A DNA stretch of 64,000 nucleotides from Waddliaceae bacterium. Its GTDB lineage: Bacteria > Chlamydiota > Chlamydiia > Chlamydiales > SLFE01. Each line of letters starts with the position of its first letter. The stretch's first letter is position 1. This document shows, piece after piece, positions 43,046 to 52,366 of this stretch. The stretch lies in assembly GCA_963783885.1 (NCBI GenBank), contig CAWAPJ010000019.1, positions 19,824 through 83,823 on the forward strand. Reading direction: 5' to 3'. The notes under the pieces are model-generated. The model searched no databases and was not told the origin of the DNA. It saw only the letters and a list, made by a program, of their open reading frames with translations. Made by a program: the position numbers and the translations under genes.

Positions 43046-44401
43046 ATGATGTTTCAACTATTTTTTGACGCGCTAGGTATAATTGACGATAACCTCTGGT
43101 CCTATATCGGGTTCCCCATCATTGTGCTTTTGGGTCTCGCTTTGTCCATTGTATCCCGTTTTGTTCAAGTGCGCCGCTTTCCCGAGGCACTGACAAGCTT
43201 TTTAAATTTTTTCTCTCCTAAGCAGAGATCAAGCATAGGTGTACATCCCTTGAAAGCGTTTTTCGCATGCCTTGGCGGATGTATTGGTATTGGAAATATT
43301 GTGGCTGTCTGCACAGCGGTGCAGGTCGGCGGTCCCGGCGCTCTGCTGTGGATATGGATAACGGCGATTTTGGGCATGGCGATGAAGTATTCCGAGGTTT
43401 ATCTCGGGATCCGCTACAGAGTCAAAAATAATGAAGGCGGTTACAACGGCGGGCCGATGTACTTTTTACAGCGCGTCTTCAAGACGATGTGGATTCCCGG
43501 CTTTGTTGCGCTTTTACTTTGCGTGTACGGAGTTGAAGTTTATCAGTTCAGGATTGTCACTGAAAGTCTGACGGAAAACTTTTCTCTGAATTATTATGTT
43601 GTCGCCTTTACTTTGCTTGCCCTTGTGATCTATGCCGGAAGTGGAGGGGTAAGCCGCGTCGGAGAAATTTCCAGTGCGATCATTCCGTTTTTTATTTTGA
43701 TCTTTTTAGGGATGGGGCTTTGGGTTCTGGCAAATAACTTGTCCGAAATTCCATCGGCATTCGCGACTGTTTTCCGGTCGGCATTTACCGGCCACGCAGC
43801 GACAGGGGGATTTATCGGCAGCGGTCTGATGATGACCATTTCCCAAGGAATTCGGAGAGGATGTTATGCCAGCGACGTCGGAATCGGATACGCGTCTGTC
43901 ATTCACAGCGAGACCAGCTCACAGATACCCGAAAAACAGTCTTCTCTGATTTTTATCGACCTCTTTTTGGATATCTTTATCGTCTGCACCATCAGCATTT
44001 TTTTAGTGCTTGTGACAGGGCTTTGGACCCAGGACATTCCGGCGACTCTGCTTGTACAAACAGCGCTTGCGCAATATTTTCCTTACATGGAATATTTTAT
44101 GCCTGTCTTTATTTTGCTCTTGGGGTATTCCACAATTATTGCCTACTTTTGCGTTGGTTTGAAGTGCGCCGAATTCCTCTCCCCGAACTGGGGACGAAAA
44201 ATCTTTCTGGTTTTCGCTACGTTTTTTTTGATGGCCTTTACCTTTTTTGAAAGCTATCAGGCGCTCACAGTCATGTCGCTCGTTCAGATCATGCTTTTGG
44301 TCTTCAACGGCTATGGAATCTGGCGGCTTCGCAAAGAGGTGTCCTTTCATATCGACGAAGAGCCGGAGCTTGTCTTGCAAGAAGAGTCGATTAAGTCATA
44401 A
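43046..44401 (+). CDS. Alanine/glycine:cation symporter (AGCS family)
   Basis: It shows VQVGGPGALLWIWITAILGMAMKYSEVYLGIRYR and is a multi-TM protein of 451 aa. Confidence 0.85.
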   Translation: MMFQLFFDALGIIDDNLWSYIGFPIIVLLGLALSIVSRFVQVRRFPEALTSFLNFFSPKQRSSIGVHPLKAFFACLGGCIGIGNIVAVCTAVQVGGPGALLWIWITAILGMAMKYSEVYLGIRYRVKNNEGGYNGGPMYFLQRVFKTMWIPGFVALLLCVYGVEVYQFRIVTESLTENFSLNYYVVAFTLLALVIYAGSGGVSRVGEISSAIIPFFILIFLGMGLWVLANNLSEIPSAFATVFRSAFTGHAATGGFIGSGLMMTISQGIRRGCYASDVGIGYASVIHSETSSQIPEKQSSLIFIDLFLDIFIVCTISIFLVLVTGLWTQDIPATLLVQTALAQYFPYMEYFMPVFILLLGYSTIIAYFCVGLKCAEFLSPNWGRKIFLVFATFFLMAFTFFESYQALTVMSLVQIMLLVFNGYGIWRLRKEVSFHIDEEPELVLQEESIKS

Positions 44402-46377
44402 CGGCAGATATTGAGCAGCTCTTTAGGCAGCTCGTAGAGAAAGCGGGACGGTTTGCTGAGATGCTCGTGCCCCATTCGATTTCTTTTTTGCGACATGCTT
44501 AAAAAAAGACTTTCCTTCGCCCGAGTGAGGGCGACGTAAAAAAGCCGCCTCTCCTCTTCAATTCCCGTCTCCTTCAGACTCCTTTCGTGCGGCAGGATGT
44601 GATCTTCTAGTCCTACCAGAAAGCAGACGGGAAATTCCAGCCCCTTGGCGCTGTGGAATGTCATGAGCTGAACCTTGTCGGCATTGGGATCTTTTTTTTC
44701 TCCGGGCCGGTTTTCCTCTTCATTGAGAGGTGTCGATGTTATAAAATCCAAAAGGGTCGGGGAGTCGCTTGAGCTTTCATATTCCGAAAGGGCACAGGCA
44801 AGCTCCTGAACATTGTCCCATTTCATGACCCTCATCTTTTCGCTTTTCACATCCTCTTTGATCGCTTTTTTATAGTCGATGGTTTCAAGAAACGATGACA
44901 TTGCCATTGAGAGGGACTGATGTTTAAAATTTCTCGAAGCGGTTTCAATGATGTCAACAAAGGATGCAATTCCGTTTAAGGATTTTGAATTGAGCTTGTT
45001 TTGGATGTTTTCGGGAAGGGTTTTTCCGGCAGCCTGTTTGAGGATATCCCAGAGAGGGGCTTTGTACTGGCGGCTGTAGCTTGTAAGGAGATCGAGGGAG
45101 TTTTCTCCAATGCCTCTACGCGGAACATTGACCACCCTGAGTATGGCCGCCTGATCTTTTGGATTCGCGCAAATTCGGAGATAGGCCAGCAGGTCTTTTA
45201 CTTCGCGCCTTTCATAAAATTCGGTTCCTCCAAACACTTGATAGGGAATTCCCCGTTTCCACTCTGTCCCTTGCCGATAACCCGTTCTCATCAAAACCTG
45301 TTCTATATGGCGGGAAAGGGCGTTTGAACGGTAGAGGATGGCAAAGCGGTTCCAGCTGCATCCGGACTCTTTTTTCATTTGCACCAGCCGATAGACGACA
45401 GCCTCGGCTTCGTCTTTTTCGGAAGGAGCGTGAAAAACAGTGAGGGGTTTCCCATCGGAATTTTTGCTCCAAAGAGATTTGCCGTGGCGAGAGCAGTTAT
45501 GCTGAATGAGGGCGTTTGCAGCATTCAATATAGTAGGAGTCGAGCGGTAGTTTTGTTCCAATTTGATGACTGCAGCATTCTCGAACTCTAAAATATTGCG
45601 TATATCTGCACCTCTCCAGCCATATATCGATTGATCGTCATCCCCGACGACGAACAGGTTTCCATATTTAGCCGAAAGCAGAGAAGCCAGGCGATACTGT
45701 ACAGGGTTGGTGTCTTGGTACTCGTCTATCATAATATAGCGGAAGCGCTGCTGGTATTTTTCTAGAATGTCGTGTCGTTTCAAAAAAAGTTCAACTGTCA
45801 AGTAAAGGAGATTGTCAAAATCGACTGCATTGTGCGCTCGCATGCTGTTCAGCAGCCTGCGGTAAATTTTTTTGACAAATGCCTCATGCCAGGAATTGCC
45901 TTTGTCCGGCATCTCATCAGGAGTCAGTCCTAAATTTTTGGCCAGAGTGATTTGATGGAGCGTTTCGTTGATCGCAGGAATTTCACCTTCACTTGCAAGC
46001 TCATCGCGTACAATGGCTTTGATGAGCCTTTCGACATCGGAAGGGGTGTAAAGGGTAAAATTCGCCGTATAGCCGAGATGATGGATCTCATTTCTCAAAA
46101 TTTGCATGCACCAGCTGTGAAATGTACAAAGAGTCACATCAGCTGCGGCTTTTGCGGAGACCATCGCGGCAACTCTCTGCCTCATTTCCGACGCCGCTTT
46201 GTTGGTAAATGTCAGTCCAAGAATAGACTCGGGAGAGACCTTTTTTTCCTGTATCAGGTAAGCGATGCGAGTTGTCAGGACAAGGGTTTTTCCTGTTCCA
46301 GCTCCCGCCAGAACCAGAACCCTTCCCTCAGTTGTCCTTACCGCTTTTTGCTGCTCGGGATTCAGCTTAGCCCGCAT
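44347..46377 (-). CDS. uvrD: UvrD/PcrA/Rep-type SF1 DNA helicase
   Basis: LNPEQQKAVR...VLAGAGTGKT (motif I), MIDEYQDTN (motif II), VGDDDQSIYGWRGA and TFHSAKGLEF are present. Confidence 0.9.
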   Translation of the reverse strand: MRAKLNPEQQKAVRTTEGRVLVLAGAGTGKTLVLTTRIAYLIQEKKVSPESILGLTFTNKAASEMRQRVAAMVSAKAAADVTLCTFHSWCMQILRNEIHHLGYTANFTLYTPSDVERLIKAIVRDELASEGEIPAINETLHQITLAKNLGLTPDEMPDKGNSWHEAFVKKIYRRLLNSMRAHNAVDFDNLLYLTVELFLKRHDILEKYQQRFRYIMIDEYQDTNPVQYRLASLLSAKYGNLFVVGDDDQSIYGWRGADIRNILEFENAAVIKLEQNYRSTPTILNAANALIQHNCSRHGKSLWSKNSDGKPLTVFHAPSEKDEAEAVVYRLVQMKKESGCSWNRFAILYRSNALSRHIEQVLMRTGYRQGTEWKRGIPYQVFGGTEFYERREVKDLLAYLRICANPKDQAAILRVVNVPRRGIGENSLDLLTSYSRQYKAPLWDILKQAAGKTLPENIQNKLNSKSLNGIASFVDIIETASRNFKHQSLSMAMSSFLETIDYKKAIKEDVKSEKMRVMKWDNVQELACALSEYESSSDSPTLLDFITSTPLNEEENRPGEKKDPNADKVQLMTFHSAKGLEFPVCFLVGLEDHILPHERSLKETGIEEERRLFYVALTRAKESLFLSMSQKRNRMGHEHLSKPSRFLYELPKELLNICRYDLIDSSCKTSSGSSSI

Positions 46378-46464
46378 TTTTCACACCTAACCGGGAAATT
46401 TGCATAATAATCTGTTTGCCGATTTTCTATCACAACTTTTACGATTATGTGTGAGAAATGTAGG

Positions 46465-46800
46465 TTAGTCAACACAGTCATGCAGAAAAGACAGCATTTC
46501 TTCCCCTATCTGGCAAGAATCGGCGCTGAGTGCAGACTTTCTTGGGCGGACTATCATGGCAAGTCCTCGAGGCATTTGGGGAAGCAGTTTTCTATAGGCT
46601 TCCCGCGTGATGCGCTTAAAACGGTTCCTCTTGCAGGCATTTCCATACCGCTTCGATGGGGCAATGCCCAGCTTTGAGTTTGATTTGTCCCAAGTATGGT
46701 AATCAATAATGATTGTGCGGCCAATGAACCGCCGCCCTTTTGAGATGATGCTGCGAAAATCCCGCCGATTGAGAAGCCGGCAGGATTTAGGGAATTTCAT
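46465..46800 (-). CDS. rnpA: Ribonuclease P protein component
   Basis: [22 protein letters not shown]... is present, and the gene lies directly downstream of rpmH with an ATGA overlap. Confidence 0.9.
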   Translation of the reverse strand: MKFPKSCRLLNRRDFRSIISKGRRFIGRTIIIDYHTWDKSNSKLGIAPSKRYGNACKRNRFKRITREAYRKLLPQMPRGLAMIVRPRKSALSADSCQIGEEMLSFLHDCVD

Positions 46801-46931
46801 ACGGTCAGTCTTTTACGCCCTTTTCGTCGGCGGTTTTTTAGGATTTTGCGTCCATTGGCCGTGCTCATTCGGGATCTGAAGCCATGGGTCTTTTGGCGGC
46901 GTCTTTTACTTGGCTGATACGTTCTTTTCAC
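46797..46931 (-). CDS. rpmH: 50S ribosomal protein L34 (not in the ORF track; GTG start)
   Basis: My translation is (M)[43 protein letters not shown]. Confidence 0.92.
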   Translation of the reverse strand: MKRTYQPSKRRRQKTHGFRSRMSTANGRKILKNRRRKGRKRLTV

Positions 46932-47002
46932 AGTTTTCTCCTCCTGATTTAAGGAACAATCATAGAACAACTAGAGAAAATTGTAAAGAGAACTTTACTT
47001 TC

Positions 47003-47031
47003 TTGTAGAAAATATAGGAATTGGCTATAAT
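47003..47031 (+). promoter_or_regulatory. Sigma-70/66-type promoter candidate for rpmJ-rpsN
   Basis: TTGTAG (47003..47008) is followed by a 17-nt spacer and TATAAT (47026..47031), 37 nt upstream of the rpmJ ATG. Confidence 0.4.
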
Positions 47032-47067
47032 TTGGCTCGTCTACATTGAAAAAATAGGATTGATCTT

Positions 47068-47232
47068 ATGAAAAATCGAGCATCTGTGAAAGCCGACCCC
47101 TCCAAAGGCGACCTTCTTGTCCGCCGCAGAGGACGGCTGTATGTTATCAATAAGTCAAACCCCAAGCGCAAGCAGCGCCAGAAGGGGAGCGCCCGTAAAC
47201 GGGCCAAAAAAGACATGTTTAAAGAAATATAA
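47068..47232 (+). CDS. rpmJ: 50S ribosomal protein L36, zinc-independent (YkgO-like) type (not in the ORF track)
   Basis: My translation is [54 protein letters not shown]. The RKGRLYVI.K.NP core of C-minus L36 is present and the Cys ligands are absent. Confidence 0.85.
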   Translation: MKNRASVKADPSKGDLLVRRRGRLYVINKSNPKRKQRQKGSARKRAKKDMFKEI

Positions 47233-47249
47233 GGAAAAACGGTTAATAT

Positions 47250-47557
47250 ATGGCTAAAAAGTCTGCAATTGAAAAAGAAAAACGACGGGAAAGGATGGTC
47301 AAAAACGCTTGGGAAAAGCGTGCCGAGTTGAGAAAAAGAGCAAAAGACACTGAGCCTTTCAGAAGAAGAAAGGGAAGAGGCTGCGGACAAGGCTCAACAA
47401 AATGCCTCGCGACACCTCCCATGTCCGATTAAGGAATCGCTGCGCATTGACTGGCAGGTCCCGAGGATATCTTAGAAAGTTTCGTCTGTCCCGCAACTGC
47501 TTTAGGGAAATGGCCCTGGAAGGCGTCATTCCCGGTATCGCGAAAGCGAGCTGGTAG
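47250..47557 (+). pseudogene. rpsN: 30S ribosomal protein S14, interrupted by two +1 frame changes as sequenced
   Basis: Frame A reads MAKKSAIEKEKRRERMVKNAWEKRAELRKRAKDT. Frame B reads [12 protein letters not shown]. Frame C reads [54 protein letters not shown]. The span is 308 nt, which is 102 codons plus 2 nt. Confidence 0.85.
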
Positions 47558-47606
47558 AATCTAAAACTTTATACAACTGTTCCCGCTGGGATTTTTCACC
47601 GTAGAA

Positions 47607-47626
47607 CCCCCGGAAACTTCCGGGGG
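47607..47626. terminator. Perfect 9-bp GC hairpin between convergent rpsN and a small ORF
   Basis: The sequence is CCCCCGGAA-ac-TTCCGGGGG. There is no strong T-tract on either side. Confidence 0.4.
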
Positions 47627-47675
47627 AAGTCTGAGAGTTTCAGGCCAGTGATTTCTAAAGATTGAAAATTTAATT

Positions 47676-47864
47676 TTACTCACTTTGATCTAAGTTCTTT
47701 ATATTCAATTCGAATCTATACTCGTTGCTAGATTCATAACATTTGAAATCATATCGAGTGAATAACTCTAGTTTTTTCAGTTCTTTTTCAATTTTTTCTG
47801 AATTATTATCAGAATAATGAAAACTCTGGAGAGTAATTTTACTGTCAAATAAAATTTTAGGCAC
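47676..47864 (-). CDS. Small hypothetical ORF (62 aa, non-ATG start)
   Basis: It is AT-rich and has no motif. It lies next to repeat-family copy 2. Confidence 0.25.
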   Translation of the reverse strand: MPKILFDSKITLQSFHYSDNNSEKIEKELKKLELFTRYDFKCYESSNEYRFELNIKNLDQSE

Positions 47865-47920
47865 CTTTTTTAGAGATTTTAAAGAATCTAAGTATGAGTT
47901 AAAACGAAAATCCGCATCTG

Positions 47921-48027
47921 CTAAGCCTCGATTATCGGCAAGGGATTACCCTTGCCTTCAAATCGAGTCTACGCATCTGAATCCAACGAAAGACTTTAAC
48001 AACAAGTTTAGGTAGCAATCAGGGTCT
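47921..48027. repeat. Repeat-family copy 2 (107 bp identical to 38201..38307)
   Basis: CTAAGCCTCGATTATCGGCAAGGGATTACCCTTGCCTTCAAATCGAGTCTACGCATCTGAATCCAACGAAAGACTTTAACAACAAGTTTAGGTAGCAATCAGGGTCT is identical at both loci by eye. Confidence 0.9.
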
Positions 48028-48122
48028 AGTAATACCTTGAATGATCATAATAATTTTCGGAAACGCATGCGGGAACAATTTATAATCAAATTTTTTTTTA
48101 GATTGCGCTGAAGCGGAAGCGA

Positions 48123-48580
48123 TTATAAACCAAGCGTTTCTTTAAGTTCTGCAATTGTCTTTGATTTTTTTCCATTCGGTCATGGTCTCGTTCCAGACAT
48201 AGGTCTCTTCGGAAATCTGGTCCTTTTCGCTGAATTTTTTGAGTTCTGACAATAGTATGGGGGCCATGCTGCTTGCGGGCCTCGTCTAGATAGTACCAGT
48301 CATACTGATCAAAGGGAGAGTGGGGAGATACGCGGATGGCTTCGGTTTCTATGATCTTTGGTTTTTCCTCGGTTTTCTCCTGTGATTCGAATGAAGGCAT
48401 CAGAAACAAGGCAATCAGCGGGAAGGGGCCGAAAAAGACTCCCAGAAAGAACCAGAGATAAGGGTTTCTGCCCCTTTTTTGAGCGAAATAAGAGTTTACC
48501 CATCCCCAGAAAACGATAAAAAATAATGTGATAAATTCCATAAATAATGGTATAATAACAGTTACCTGTATAGGAATCAA
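48123..48580 (-). pseudogene. Membrane protein with a C-terminal GYF_2-like domain, two +1 frame changes as sequenced
   Basis: The ORF-track frame gives TM helices and then ...DQYDWYYLDEARKQHGP. The next frame gives ILLSELKKFSEKDQISEETYVWNETMTEWKKIKDN, and a third gives AELKETLGL*. The shifts are at the G5 run 48259..48263 and at AATT 48153..48156. Confidence 0.65.
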
Positions 48581-48593
48581 GAAGAGTTGAATT

Positions 48594-49046
48594 ATGAAAG
48601 GCTGGAATAAAAAACAAGAGGTTGACCAGAAAGAGTACGAGCTGCCCGAAACCGTTTATGTCAGGGATATCGAAGACCGCGTTTTTAAATCGCTCGCTCT
48701 TCAAGCGCTTACGAAAATCGAAGGAGTGAGTCTCGATGGAGGCACTTTTTTAGATCATATTTTCGGAAGGGATAAAATTGATTCGATCAAAGGGGTTCAG
48801 GTTGCCCAGGATAGCAAAAATCATTCAGTCTCGTTAAAAATTGAGGTGAAGGTTCAGTACGGTGTTGCCATTCCGGAAAAGGCTGAAGAGATTCAAAACC
48901 GGATTTCCGAAGAAATCACGGCGCTTACGGGACTTCATGTCAATGCCGTTCACGTGGTTTTCAAAAATGTCTTTACTCCCGAAGAGAACGAGCCCCCCGC
49001 GATTGAGGAAGAAATCGAGGAAGAGCCTGTCGATTTTGATAATTAA
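48594..49046 (+). CDS. Asp23/Gls24-family envelope stress protein
   Basis: IEDRVFKSLALQALTKIEGV..., VKVQYGVAIPEKAEEIQNRISEEITALTGLHVNAVHVVFKNV is present, with an acidic tail. Confidence 0.75.
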   Translation: MKGWNKKQEVDQKEYELPETVYVRDIEDRVFKSLALQALTKIEGVSLDGGTFLDHIFGRDKIDSIKGVQVAQDSKNHSVSLKIEVKVQYGVAIPEKAEEIQNRISEEITALTGLHVNAVHVVFKNVFTPEENEPPAIEEEIEEEPVDFDN

Positions 49047-49088
49047 ACGAGTGGACAGCTTTACTTTTCGCCTCTTTCGCCGACCTTT

Positions 49089-49247
49089 GGCCCTGATTGC
49101 TACCTAAACCTCAGCTAGAGCTTACACGAGTACACCATCTACTGCCTGTAGCGACTTGGCAAGGGATTACCCTTGCCGTCGACGCTACAGTTGTATCTGG
49201 CGCACTCGTGTAAGCTCTAGCTGAGGTTTAGGTAGCAATCAGGGTCT
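49089..49247. repeat. Repeat-family copy 3: 159-bp near-perfect palindrome
   Basis: The left arm 49091..49131 is the exact reverse complement of the right arm 49204..49244, and includes the 22-mer terminus. The centre holds CTGTAGCG..GGCAAGGG-ATTA-CCCTTGCC..CGCTACAG. Confidence 0.9.
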
Positions 49248-49440
49248 TTGCCATTCGACTTAAAATTCCCTGCTCTTATAGAAAATGTGAATTAGCGTCG
49301 ATTGGCAAATCATAAGCAAAAAAAGCTCAAAAATCGGTTTTTCCTGAGTTTTGCAATTCCCTCTAAACGATTCAGCTTGCAAATAAATAGCCTACACATT
49401 AATATTTCATCTTTAAATGCCTAAAAAATGGGCAGCTGAT

Positions 49441-49512
49441 TGGGGTGTAGCCAAGCGGTAAGGCAGCGGTTTTTGGTACCGCCATGCGGAGGTTCGAATC
49501 CTTCCACCCCAA
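49441..49512 (+). tRNA. tRNA-Gln (anticodon UUG)
   Basis: The sequence TGGGGTGTAGCCAAGCGGTAAGGCAGCGGTTTTTGGTACCGCCATGCGGAGGTTCGAATCCTTCCACCCCAA has a U1-A72 acceptor pair, as in E. coli tRNA-Gln. The anticodon stem is GCGGT/ACCGC with loop TT-TTG-GT. Confidence 0.9.
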
Positions 49513-49548
49513 ATTGAAAGCCGCGGATGATCCGCGCAAGCCAAAGGG

Positions 49549-50517
49549 GTGGGAGTGGAAGTTGACCCGAGCAGCTTTGTTGTCATTGCTGGGTCGTCGC
49601 ATCCGGAGCTCGCTAAGGAAATAGCGTCGCATCTGGGTGTGGGCCTAGGCGGAGTCAGATCGGAAACATTTCCTGACAAGGAGATTTCTGTACAGATTCT
49701 CGAAAGTGTCAGGGGGAAAGATGTTTTCGTGGTGCAGACGGTTGCTCTTGAACCGAATGTTTACTTGATGGAGCTGTTGATCATGATCGACGCCCTCAAA
49801 AGAGCATCGGCTAAAAGCATCGTAGCTGTCATTCCTTACTTTGGTTATGCACGTCAGGACCGGAAAGATAAGCCCCGGGTGCCGATATCGGCTAAACTGG
49901 TGGCGAATCTGCTTGAAAAGGCAGGAGCGGACCGGATTTTGACGATGGATCTTCACGCTGGCCAAATACAGGGATTTTTTGATATCCCCGTGGACAATTT
50001 GCTCTCGCTGCCGCTGATGGCGAAAGCGTTTCAACGGCTCGAAATCGACGATGTCGTTGTTGTCGCACCGGATGTGGGAAGCATAAAGCTGGTCAGGGAC
50101 TATGCCCAGCTTCTGGGAGTGGATTTTGCGGTTATCGACAAGATACGGAGCAGCGCTACCGAAGTCGAGATTACCGCGCTGATTGGGGATATAAAAGGAA
50201 AGAATGTACTTCTCGCTGATGACGTGTGTTCCACAGGAGGAACTTTGGTATCAGCCGCGAAAGCGTGCCAAGAGAAGGGTGCTTCAAGAGTTTTTTGTTC
50301 CATCACCCACGGTTTATTTGTGGGAGAATCGGTAAACAGGATAGAAAACAGCCCAATTGAAGTGCTTTTGATGAGTAACACGATTCCCGTTACTAACCGG
50401 CTTGACGGATTGACAAAATCCCGGGTCGTTTCTGTTGGCAGTCATTTTGCTGAAGCCATTAATTGCATAAATTCAGCAGGGTCCATTCATTCCCTTTACA
50501 ATGTAAGCATTCAGTGA
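49549..50517 (+). CDS. prs: Ribose-phosphate pyrophosphokinase
   Basis: VVIAGSSHPELAKEIASHLGV, PYFGYARQDRK and the PRPP-binding loop VLLADDVCSTGGTL are present. The start is GTG. Confidence 0.92.
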   Translation: MGVEVDPSSFVVIAGSSHPELAKEIASHLGVGLGGVRSETFPDKEISVQILESVRGKDVFVVQTVALEPNVYLMELLIMIDALKRASAKSIVAVIPYFGYARQDRKDKPRVPISAKLVANLLEKAGADRILTMDLHAGQIQGFFDIPVDNLLSLPLMAKAFQRLEIDDVVVVAPDVGSIKLVRDYAQLLGVDFAVIDKIRSSATEVEITALIGDIKGKNVLLADDVCSTGGTLVSAAKACQEKGASRVFCSITHGLFVGESVNRIENSPIEVLLMSNTIPVTNRLDGLTKSRVVSVGSHFAEAINCINSAGSIHSLYNVSIQ

Positions 50518-50597
50518 GCTGCGCTTACGCGCATTTTCTGGGGGCGCATTTCACCGAATGCTTACTTTATAATTGACTCGGTTCAAAAAGAGGATAT

Positions 50598-51158
50598 ATG
50601 AAACTTAGTATTAAAGAACGATCGACAGAAAAAAAATGCAAATCCAATCGCTTGAGGCGGGAAGGCCGCATCCCTGCGGTTTTGTATAACCGCGGAAAAG
50701 AGTCGCTGTCTATTTCAGTGGCTCAATCTGATTTTGATGCGTGCCTGCGTCAAATTCCCAAAGGGCGTTTGTCTACAACGGTCTTTACCCTAACCGACGA
50801 AAAAGGGCAGGAGAAAAAGGGTATTGTCAAAGAAATTCAGTATCATCCGACATCCTATCAGATGATTCACCTGGATTTTGAAGAGCTGCTCTCCGATGTC
50901 CCGGTGAATATCAAAGTTCCGATCGAATGCACGGGAGTTATGGATTGCGCCGGTATTAAACTCGGCGGCGTGCTAAGGCGTGTGATACGTTATCTTCTCG
51001 TCAACTGCCTGCCGGAAGATATCCCATCATATTTTGAACTGGATGTTCGCGAGCTTGGCATTAAGCAATATAAAAAATTGGCTGATCTTGTCATACCCGA
51101 AAAAGTGAGGCCTCTGGTCGATCTCAACGAGGTTGCAGTTGTCATAGCCAAGAGATGA
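50598..51158 (+). CDS. rplY: 50S ribosomal protein L25 / general stress protein Ctc
   Basis: SNRLRREGRIPAVLYN is present, with a Ctc-type C-terminal domain. Confidence 0.88.
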   Translation: MKLSIKERSTEKKCKSNRLRREGRIPAVLYNRGKESLSISVAQSDFDACLRQIPKGRLSTTVFTLTDEKGQEKKGIVKEIQYHPTSYQMIHLDFEELLSDVPVNIKVPIECTGVMDCAGIKLGGVLRRVIRYLLVNCLPEDIPSYFELDVRELGIKQYKKLADLVIPEKVRPLVDLNEVAVVIAKR

Positions 51159-51769
51159 TGGATCGGGAAAACAAGCACCTTGTTTTTGCCGGATTAGGAA
51201 ATCCCGGCCGCAAGTATAGGAAAAATCGGCATAATATCGGATTCATGGTGATTGACCGGTTTGCCGAAAGACAGGGATGGGAGCTTAAAGATGCTCCCAG
51301 GTTTCAGGCGAAAGCGGCCAAAGGGGCGCTAGGCAATAAGACAGCGCATCTTGTGGAGCCTGAAACTTACATGAATTTAAGCGGCCAATCCTTAGGGAAG
51401 TATTTGAATTACTTTCACCTGGGGCCGGAAGAGGTTGTCGTTGTGACCGATGATGCAGCGCTTCCTTTCGGCGAGATGAGGCTCCGTTTAATGGGAAGCT
51501 CCGGAGGGCACAACGGACTCAAAAGCGTAGAACAGCATTTGGGAACAAGAAATTATGCCCGGCTCAGATTGGGCATTGCCGGAAAACACTACGGGCAGCA
51601 GGCGCTGGAGGATTATGTTCTTCAGGATTTCTCAAAACAAGAGATGGAAGAGCTGCCGCAATTTATAGAAAAGGCCGCTTCGGTTCTTGAAAGACTGATA
51701 GCAGAAGATCCGGAGCGTGTTATGAATGAAGTGAACACAAAGGTGAAAAATAAAGATGACTCAGAATAA
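51155..51769 (+). CDS. pth: Peptidyl-tRNA hydrolase
   Basis: LVFAGLGNPGRKYRKNRHNIGFMVID, VVTDDAALPFGEMRL and GGHNGLKS are present. Confidence 0.92.
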   Translation: MMDRENKHLVFAGLGNPGRKYRKNRHNIGFMVIDRFAERQGWELKDAPRFQAKAAKGALGNKTAHLVEPETYMNLSGQSLGKYLNYFHLGPEEVVVVTDDAALPFGEMRLRLMGSSGGHNGLKSVEQHLGTRNYARLRLGIAGKHYGQQALEDYVLQDFSKQEMEELPQFIEKAASVLERLIAEDPERVMNEVNTKVKNKDDSE

Positions 51770-52097
51770 GCAGAAACTTTATGAAGGGATGTATATCATC
51801 AATTCATCATTAACCGAGGATGCTCGAAATAAAGCTTTGGATAAAATCCTGGAAGGGATTACAAGCCGTGGCGGAGAAATTCTCAAAAACCATGATTTTG
51901 GCCGGAGGCGTCTTGCTTACGAGATAGAAGGCCACAGAGAAGGTTATTATTACATCATCTACTTTTCCGTAGATCCGATAGCCATTGCCGAGATGAAGGG
52001 TGAATATCGTTTGATGGAAGATCTGGTCCGCCACATGATCGTCACACCTCATGAGGTTATGGAAAAAATTGAATTCAAGGCACTTGCAGAGGAATAG
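51756..52097 (+). CDS. rpsF: 30S ribosomal protein S6
   Basis: [11 protein letters not shown]..., [10 protein letters not shown]-like [18 protein letters not shown] is present, and the gene sits in the rpsF-rpsR-rplI context. Confidence 0.9.
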   Translation: MTQNKQKLYEGMYIINSSLTEDARNKALDKILEGITSRGGEILKNHDFGRRRLAYEIEGHREGYYYIIYFSVDPIAIAEMKGEYRLMEDLVRHMIVTPHEVMEKIEFKALAEE

Positions 52098-52108
52098 GAG
52101 AGGTATTC

Positions 52109-52351
52109 ATGGCTAGTATTTTAAAAAGGGGCTCCCGCTCCAAAAAGAAGAAAAGATGTCCTTTTACAGCAGCCGGTATCAAGCATATCGATTACAAGGA
52201 CATTGACACGCTTAAAAAGTTCATCACCGACCGGGGCAAAATTTTGCCAAGGCGCATTACAGGAGTATCAGCCTGGCATCAAAGACATTTGGCCAGGGCA
52301 ATCAAACAGGCTAGAAACGTGGCTTTGCTGCCTTTTGTTGATCAGGTTTAA
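52109..52351 (+). CDS. rpsR: 30S ribosomal protein S18
   Basis: [50 protein letters not shown] is present. Confidence 0.93.
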   Translation: MASILKRGSRSKKKKRCPFTAAGIKHIDYKDIDTLKKFITDRGKILPRRITGVSAWHQRHLARAIKQARNVALLPFVDQV

Positions 52352-52366
52352 AGGAGACGATTTAAT

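Noticed and set aside
47025-47390. A 121-aa minus-strand ORF covers the rpmJ-rpsN region.
   Set aside because: The plus strand encodes unmistakable L36 and S14 sequences, so the minus ORF is an antisense artefact.
49399-49679. Two minus-strand ORFs (77 and 88 aa) overlap the tRNA-Gln and the prs start.
   Set aside because: They overlap a well-formed tRNA and the prs 5' end, and have no motif or RBS.
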